Notes under the pieces: model-generated | Seen by the model: the letters and a program-made list of their open reading frames with translations, nothing else | The model's database searches: none | What the model was told of the DNA's origin: nothing | Translations under genes and position numbers: made by a program | Assembly: GCA_038063875.1 (NCBI GenBank) | Contig: JBBTUH010000002.1 | Location: 12,530 to 76,529, forward strand | Origin: Patescibacteria group bacterium | GTDB taxonomy: Bacteria; Patescibacteriota; Microgenomatia; UBA10105; UBA927 | Reading direction: 5' to 3' | DNA length: 64,000 nucleotides | Shown: positions 59,408-64,000 of the stretch, piece after piece | How the letters are laid out: every line of letters starts with the position of its first letter | Numbering within the stretch: position 1 is the first letter of the stretch

Positions 59408-60385
59408 TTATAACGTATATCTCTTTACAAACAAACCTTTCGTCATCCAGAATGTTTCAAGAAACACCAAGCAAATCACAACAATCGGTAACAGCAGTAT
59501 ATTTCTATCTCTTCGCGATACCGAATCTGTAAACATGGTCCACATATACCAGAAAGGAAAAATAATTAATGGCAGCACAAATAACGGATATACAAATGAT
59601 AAAATTGTCAAAACGACTAACATAGGCTTCACGAGAAAAGGAATAAAACCAACTCCCATTTCCCTCCAATGAAGTCGTATCTGCAAAGCGTACGATATTG
59701 CTAAAAATTTTCTACGCTTCACCCAATCTTGCATGCTGTAATTTATGTCTCTTCCATGAAGATGAACCACACGAGCGTTTGTAACCGCTATCTTACCCAA
59801 GGAAGCTAATCGAAAATTCATATCTGCATCTTCAGATCCAATGTAATGATCAAAGTTTTTTGTATCATATCCACCCACACTCAAAAATATATCTCTATCA
59901 TAAGCGTCAAACTTACCATTCAAGCTATGACGCTTAGTTTCGACAACTGAAGCAAATAGGCATTTTTGCCAAAAATTATATTTATCCCATTCTATCTTGC
60001 GATGAACCACGTTAGGCATAGCAGCAATAAAGTTTTTTTTATAAACAAATGGACTCATCAATCGAGCCAACTCAAATTTCGTCGGCAACGTACTATCTGA
60101 ATGAAGTGTCACTATGTATTTACTTCGAGCAAGCGCCGCCCCTAAATTATAACTATGCGAAAGTCCGTATGTTTTCTTTCGTTGAATAATCTTGATAGGA
60201 ATTCTATGATGCATCTTTATAAATGCTTGTGCAACAGCGACGGACCGATCAGGTGAATGGTTATCTATAAGAAGCATTTTCTGTATCGGATAGGTTTGAC
60301 CGTAAATGCTTTTTAAAACATCAGCTAACACACGCTCCACTTTGTAGACAGGAATAATAATCGTCACCGTAGGTAGTTGTTGCAT
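59408..60385 (-). CDS. glycosyltransferase family 2 with C-terminal TM helices
   Basis: VTIIIPVYKVERVL...LLIDNHSPDRS, plus three C-terminal hydrophobic helices. Confidence 0.75.
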   Translation of the reverse strand: MQQLPTVTIIIPVYKVERVLADVLKSIYGQTYPIQKMLLIDNHSPDRSVAVAQAFIKMHHRIPIKIIQRKKTYGLSHSYNLGAALARSKYIVTLHSDSTLPTKFELARLMSPFVYKKNFIAAMPNVVHRKIEWDKYNFWQKCLFASVVETKRHSLNGKFDAYDRDIFLSVGGYDTKNFDHYIGSEDADMNFRLASLGKIAVTNARVVHLHGRDINYSMQDWVKRRKFLAISYALQIRLHWREMGVGFIPFLVKPMLVVLTILSFVYPLFVLPLIIFPFWYMWTMFTDSVSRRDRNILLLPIVVICLVFLETFWMTKGLFVKRYTL

Positions 60386-60391
60386 AATTGT

Positions 60392-60592
60392 CTACTCAGT
60401 ACATGTATGTACAGTTCCTTCTGGGACATGTTGGTTACATTTTGGACAATGCTCACACTTAACAAACGCATGCCCCTTCATCGTGCATCCCTGCGGCGCT
60501 TTGCATTCTTTTAATCCTTGGTCATACTGCTGCTTCATAATAATTGCTATGCATGTTCCGGTACAAATATAGTGTTTTTCCATGTTGCTCAC
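60392..60592 (-). CDS. small Cys/His-rich protein (66 aa, 8 Cys), putative metal-binding or redox protein
   Basis: CTGTC...C...C...C.HCPKC...C spacing. Sits tightly between two GT genes (4-bp overlap upstream, 6-bp gap downstream). Confidence 0.35.
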   Translation of the reverse strand: MSNMEKHYICTGTCIAIIMKQQYDQGLKECKAPQGCTMKGHAFVKCEHCPKCNQHVPEGTVHTCTE

Positions 60593-61701
60593 CCCGCTTT
60601 CTCAAGCACTGCTAATGCTTGGCTATAATATTTTTCATATTCAAAACACTGTGCAAATGCATGTACACCTTTTTGGTATGCGCCACATCGTCTTTTAATG
60701 CGTTTTAACGCGACAGCAAACTCTGCTACTTCATCTATGAGTTCACCAGCCATATAGTGCTTTATATATGGCGCTATGGCAGACGTGTTTGTCATAATGA
60801 CTGGTAGTCCCATTTCTATATATGTTTTTACCTTCCCCGGATCCGTATAGTGTGTAGCCGTATACTCTCCCTTTTCATATAACGCAATGCCAACATGATG
60901 AACTTTTGCTATTTTTTTCAATTCATCGTCATCCACGAATCTGTTGGGAAACCATACGCGATCAGAAATCTTATATTTTATTAATAGAGAATTATATTTC
61001 TCAAAAAGATTTTTTTCACACACACCAATAATTGATAATTCTACCTTTGGAGTATTTTTTATAAAAAGTAACAAATCTTCTATGCCCTGTGAAGGTCGTA
61101 TAGCACCCACAAACAACAATTTAAATGATGAAGTAATTTGCTTTTTTGATCCCGTATATGGTTTTACTCCCCACATAACTGTTTTTTTATTCGCAAGTCT
61201 AACGACCTTGCCATTAAAAATTTTATTAATTCTGTCACTTAAATAGTATGTATACGAAACTCGGTCATGATAATATTTTTTTAGTTTTTCAAAAAGAATG
61301 AGCGACCAATGCACTGGAGGAAAATAGTCTCCTATCCAATATGCATACTCCACACTTCGCAATAATTTCATCACACTCATACCGATAAATGCTACAGGAT
61401 GTCCGCCAAATACCAACACATGCTCTAAGCGTGAAAAATACTGCAGCAGAAAAAGATTATGGTGATACCACCATAAGAAATAATAGAAAAATATATTTGT
61501 TGACGAACCAACGCTATGCTCGTGCGTTAATATTCCTCGATCATACACACGTAGGGCATTGGTACCACCATTCACTCTCGGCATGATTATATATACAACA
61601 AGCTTTTTTGTGTGACGAGCAAAATATTCCATTGTATGCCCGACGCTTTGCAAGCTTGCGTAAAGAAATATAGTGTCATAGTAAAATACGGATTTTTTCA
61701 T
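60589..61701 (-). CDS. glycosyltransferase (GT4-like GT-B)
   Basis: The C-terminal FKLLFVGAIRPSQG...HHVGIALYEKGEYTATHYTDPGKVKTYIEMGLPVIMTN resembles the GT1 domain. Confidence 0.6.
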   Translation of the reverse strand: MKKSVFYYDTIFLYASLQSVGHTMEYFARHTKKLVVYIIMPRVNGGTNALRVYDRGILTHEHSVGSSTNIFFYYFLWWYHHNLFLLQYFSRLEHVLVFGGHPVAFIGMSVMKLLRSVEYAYWIGDYFPPVHWSLILFEKLKKYYHDRVSYTYYLSDRINKIFNGKVVRLANKKTVMWGVKPYTGSKKQITSSFKLLFVGAIRPSQGIEDLLLFIKNTPKVELSIIGVCEKNLFEKYNSLLIKYKISDRVWFPNRFVDDDELKKIAKVHHVGIALYEKGEYTATHYTDPGKVKTYIEMGLPVIMTNTSAIAPYIKHYMAGELIDEVAEFAVALKRIKRRCGAYQKGVHAFAQCFEYEKYYSQALAVLEKAG

Positions 61702-62570
61702 TTTTTTTGTAGGATACTTACCACATTACTTGCTCCATATGGGATATGTGAAAAATACGCATCAATTTTTTCTCCCCACGCATCCCATCGCGAGTTTTTT
61801 GTGAGTATGCGAAAAAATAAACAAGCAACTTTTCCGAGACTTCCTGTATAGTACGTATGCAATTCCGTAAATTTTGCAAATCTTTTTACGATTATTTCTC
61901 TGGTATACCTTCGTAGATGACCAATCCGTCTATCATGAAGCATATTTACCGGCCAAAGAAACGGCCAAACATAGTGTAATTGGATTGGCATAGCCATCAT
62001 AAGTACGGCGTTTTTTTTGAGCACTCGGCCAATCTCTTTAATTGCTTTTTTTTCACGCGGGAGATGTTCAAGTATAGCGTTTGCCACCATCCCATCGGCG
62101 ACACCAATCTTTATTGGTAGATCCTCTGAACTAGCACACACAAGTAATATTTTCTTTTGTAATTTTAGTTTTTCAACTGTCTGTCTTAGCTTCATAAGTT
62201 CTACAAACGTCAAATCCATTGCAATTATACTAAACCCACGTTTCGCAAGCTCTATCGCCATATATCCACTGCCTGTCGCATTATCTATGATAAGCCCCTT
62301 CGTGCGAGGTGAAGAAGAAATAAAGTTGTCTATATATCTTTTTTGCCATGGCTCTAACACGTAGGAAATTCTCGCCTGATCTTCTTTTTCAAAATACTGC
62401 ACTTGCTGTTGTAAATGTGAAGGCAACGAAGTTAAATCAATAAGAATTGGTATTCCGTTTGAGATGGCATAGTCTTTCTTACATTTCCTGCAAAAAAGGC
62501 TTTTTACCTTAGAGACGAGTGATTTTTTACAATGAGGGCAACAAAGATAATGTAGAAGTGGATGATTCAT
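61698..62570 (-). CDS. class I SAM-dependent methyltransferase with N-terminal Trm112-like Cys4 zinc ribbon
   Basis: LCCPHCKKSL...CRKCKKDYAISNGIPIL (Trm112/DUF343-like), then a Methyltransf_11 core (IDNATGSGYMAIELAK...AILEHL). Confidence 0.65.
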   Translation of the reverse strand: MNHPLLHYLCCPHCKKSLVSKVKSLFCRKCKKDYAISNGIPILIDLTSLPSHLQQQVQYFEKEDQARISYVLEPWQKRYIDNFISSSPRTKGLIIDNATGSGYMAIELAKRGFSIIAMDLTFVELMKLRQTVEKLKLQKKILLVCASSEDLPIKIGVADGMVANAILEHLPREKKAIKEIGRVLKKNAVLMMAMPIQLHYVWPFLWPVNMLHDRRIGHLRRYTREIIVKRFAKFTELHTYYTGSLGKVACLFFRILTKNSRWDAWGEKIDAYFSHIPYGASNVVSILQKK

Positions 62571-63727
62571 ACAGATTGAAACGCTTTCTCAAATATCATA
62601 TCCCAACGAAATTTATGTGCTTCTTTTATTGTTTTCTGCTTCATCTCATTTAATACATTCGCGTGGGTAAATAAACGAATAATTGCAGAGGAAATAGCAT
62701 GTGCTTCATATGGTATCACAACTGCCACTCCAGACCGCATAAGCTCTAGTGCGTTGTATGAAACATCGGTCATAAGAAGCGGCACACCGCATGATAGATA
62801 CGTCTTTATTTTCGTAGGATCGGCGTAGTAGCTAAAATTCGTTGTGTCCTTTCCACTTGGTTCATACGTAGCAAGGGCTAAATCAGACTTCATAATATGC
62901 TTCTGTATTACTTTTTGATTAGACTCCCAACCTAAAAATGCTACGTGTTTTGTAAGCGATAAATCATGGACAAGAGTTCGAAGCGTTTGTTCGTACTCCC
63001 CGCCACCAACAATAGCCAATGAAATGCGCGGCAGCTTTTTAATTACCTTGGGCAACGCGCGAATAATCTCTTGCACGCCTTGTTTTTGCAGTAAATGTCC
63101 TACGAAAATAAGTCTGTACTCATTTTTGGCTTTTATTTTTTTTATAATATCCTTTTCCCAAACTCCTATTGGTACGACTATTTGTTTGCCCTTCGTAGTC
63201 TTGAGTCCTAAAAACTTCTTTCGACCATCTTCTATACGTGGTGAGACATTCCAACATATATCAGAGAATCTCACTGCGAAACGCTCCATACCATGGTAGA
63301 TAAAATTGACCAACGAATTCTTGCTTCGTTTCGGAATAAAATCGATTGCATAAAATACAACGCGCTCAACAATTCCCATAGCTCTAAGAATTATACCCAC
63401 ACACGTGTTTAAGGGATTAACGCCTATATAAAGGTATGACCCTCTTGGTAATTTCATACACACAATAACTGTCGCAAGTGCGTCTCGAAAAAATGCCAGT
63501 ATTGTTCCAGCAAATTTTCTTTGCGCCGTGTATTCAACCGATTGTTTTCCTCCATTAAAACGTTTGATAGCATACGAAGAATTTTCAGAAAGCAACGGAT
63601 GGCCTATATAGACAAGCGTCTGTATTTTTTGTGATATAAGATAATCACGAAGCGCTTCTGAAGCACCGTAAAAAAAGGTATGTGTGACGATGATGATCCT
63701 CTGAGGAATATTCAAGCGACTTTGCAT
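62567..63727 (-). CDS. glycosyltransferase family 4
   Basis: 386 aa. C-terminal RLIFVGHLLQKQG...LAIVGGGEYEQ...YLSCGVPLLMTDV. Confidence 0.7.
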   Translation of the reverse strand: MQSRLNIPQRIIIVTHTFFYGASEALRDYLISQKIQTLVYIGHPLLSENSSYAIKRFNGGKQSVEYTAQRKFAGTILAFFRDALATVIVCMKLPRGSYLYIGVNPLNTCVGIILRAMGIVERVVFYAIDFIPKRSKNSLVNFIYHGMERFAVRFSDICWNVSPRIEDGRKKFLGLKTTKGKQIVVPIGVWEKDIIKKIKAKNEYRLIFVGHLLQKQGVQEIIRALPKVIKKLPRISLAIVGGGEYEQTLRTLVHDLSLTKHVAFLGWESNQKVIQKHIMKSDLALATYEPSGKDTTNFSYYADPTKIKTYLSCGVPLLMTDVSYNALELMRSGVAVVIPYEAHAISSAIIRLFTHANVLNEMKQKTIKEAHKFRWDMIFEKAFQSV

Positions 63728-63990
63728 ATATCTTCTAAAATACGGTCGCCGTCATAGGTATACTGCCAATTCGGATAGTGTGATTGAAACTTGGATACAT
63801 CAGAAATATACCAAATATGGTCGCCAATTCGTGGAGCATCCACATGCGTAATTTTTGCCTTTTTGCCTACAATTGCCTCTATCTTAGCCACTGCCTCTAG
63901 AATAGAAATGTTGGAATGCCGTGATCCGCCAATATTATATACTTCTCCTACACGTGGCTTTTTATACACCTCATAAAATGCTGAAATCAA
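63712..63990 (-). CDS. C-terminal fragment of an NAD-dependent epimerase/dehydratase (gene continues beyond the window end)
   Basis: 92 aa. ...VYNIGGSRHSNISILEAV... is typical of the C-terminal substrate domain of extended SDRs. The ORF is open at the window edge. Confidence 0.5.
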   Translation of the reverse strand: MISAFYEVYKKPRVGEVYNIGGSRHSNISILEAVAKIEAIVGKKAKITHVDAPRIGDHIWYISDVSKFQSHYPNWQYTYDGDRILEDICKVA

Positions 63991-64000
63991 ATCATGTGAG

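Noticed and set aside
1-64000. CRISPR arrays, rRNA or tRNA genes
   Set aside because: The window holds no regularly spaced direct-repeat array. The few non-coding gaps (10363-10822, 31616-31785, 33831-33870, 39337-39375) contain no tRNA-like T-arm or acceptor patterns, and there is no rRNA-sized non-coding stretch.
1-64000. Transposases, integrases or IS elements flanking the AbiE modules or glycan locus
   Set aside because: No ORF shows DDE, serine or tyrosine recombinase motifs, and no long terminal inverted repeats were seen. The TA-like pairs appear embedded without recognisable mobility genes.

Overview
This is a low-GC bacterial chromosomal segment, and almost every gene is on the minus strand. 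The genome style (short Mur ligase, many very large membrane proteins) may indicate an uncultivated small-genome lineage such as CPR/Patescibacteria, but that is a guess. Bases 51-10362 hold a compacted, rearranged division/cell-wall (dcw) cluster. Read in the direction of transcription it runs mraZ-rsmH-ftsL-ftsI-murE(short)-pgeF-murC-murB-murA, followed by a GlmU-like nucleotidyltransferase. Bases 10363-11544 are a short plus-strand island of small uncharacterised ORFs that ends in a terminator-like hairpin. Next, on the minus strand, come a small membrane protein, glyQS, recO and a DUF4012-like membrane protein. From about 15.9 kb to the window end (about 48 kb) there is one very large surface-glycan biosynthesis super-locus. 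It contains an initiating phosphoglycosyl transferase and manC. It has about 14 GT2 or GT4 glycosyltransferases. It has five polytopic GT-C-type membrane glycosyltransferases: one is an O-antigen-ligase-like/GT-C fusion of 993 aa, and three are tandem AftD/DUF3367-like paralogs of up to about 1170 aa. It also encodes galE, UDP-xylose synthase, an acetyltransferase and four methyltransferases. Finally it carries a complete-looking CDP-3,6-dideoxyhexose module (two ddhA paralogs, a 4,6-dehydratase and the rfbH/E1 3-dehydrase). This module is coupled to a TPP-dependent acetolactate-synthase-like enzyme and a 2-hydroxyacid dehydrogenase, which resembles the yersiniose branched-chain sugar route. 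No E3 reductase was recognised. Two AbiE-like (nucleotidyltransferase plus AbiEi-like) toxin-antitoxin/abortive-infection pairs and a frameshifted gene are embedded in the glycan locus. No rRNA, tRNA, CRISPR array or transposase was recognised. All calls rest on motif recognition from the translated ORFs; no database search was possible.
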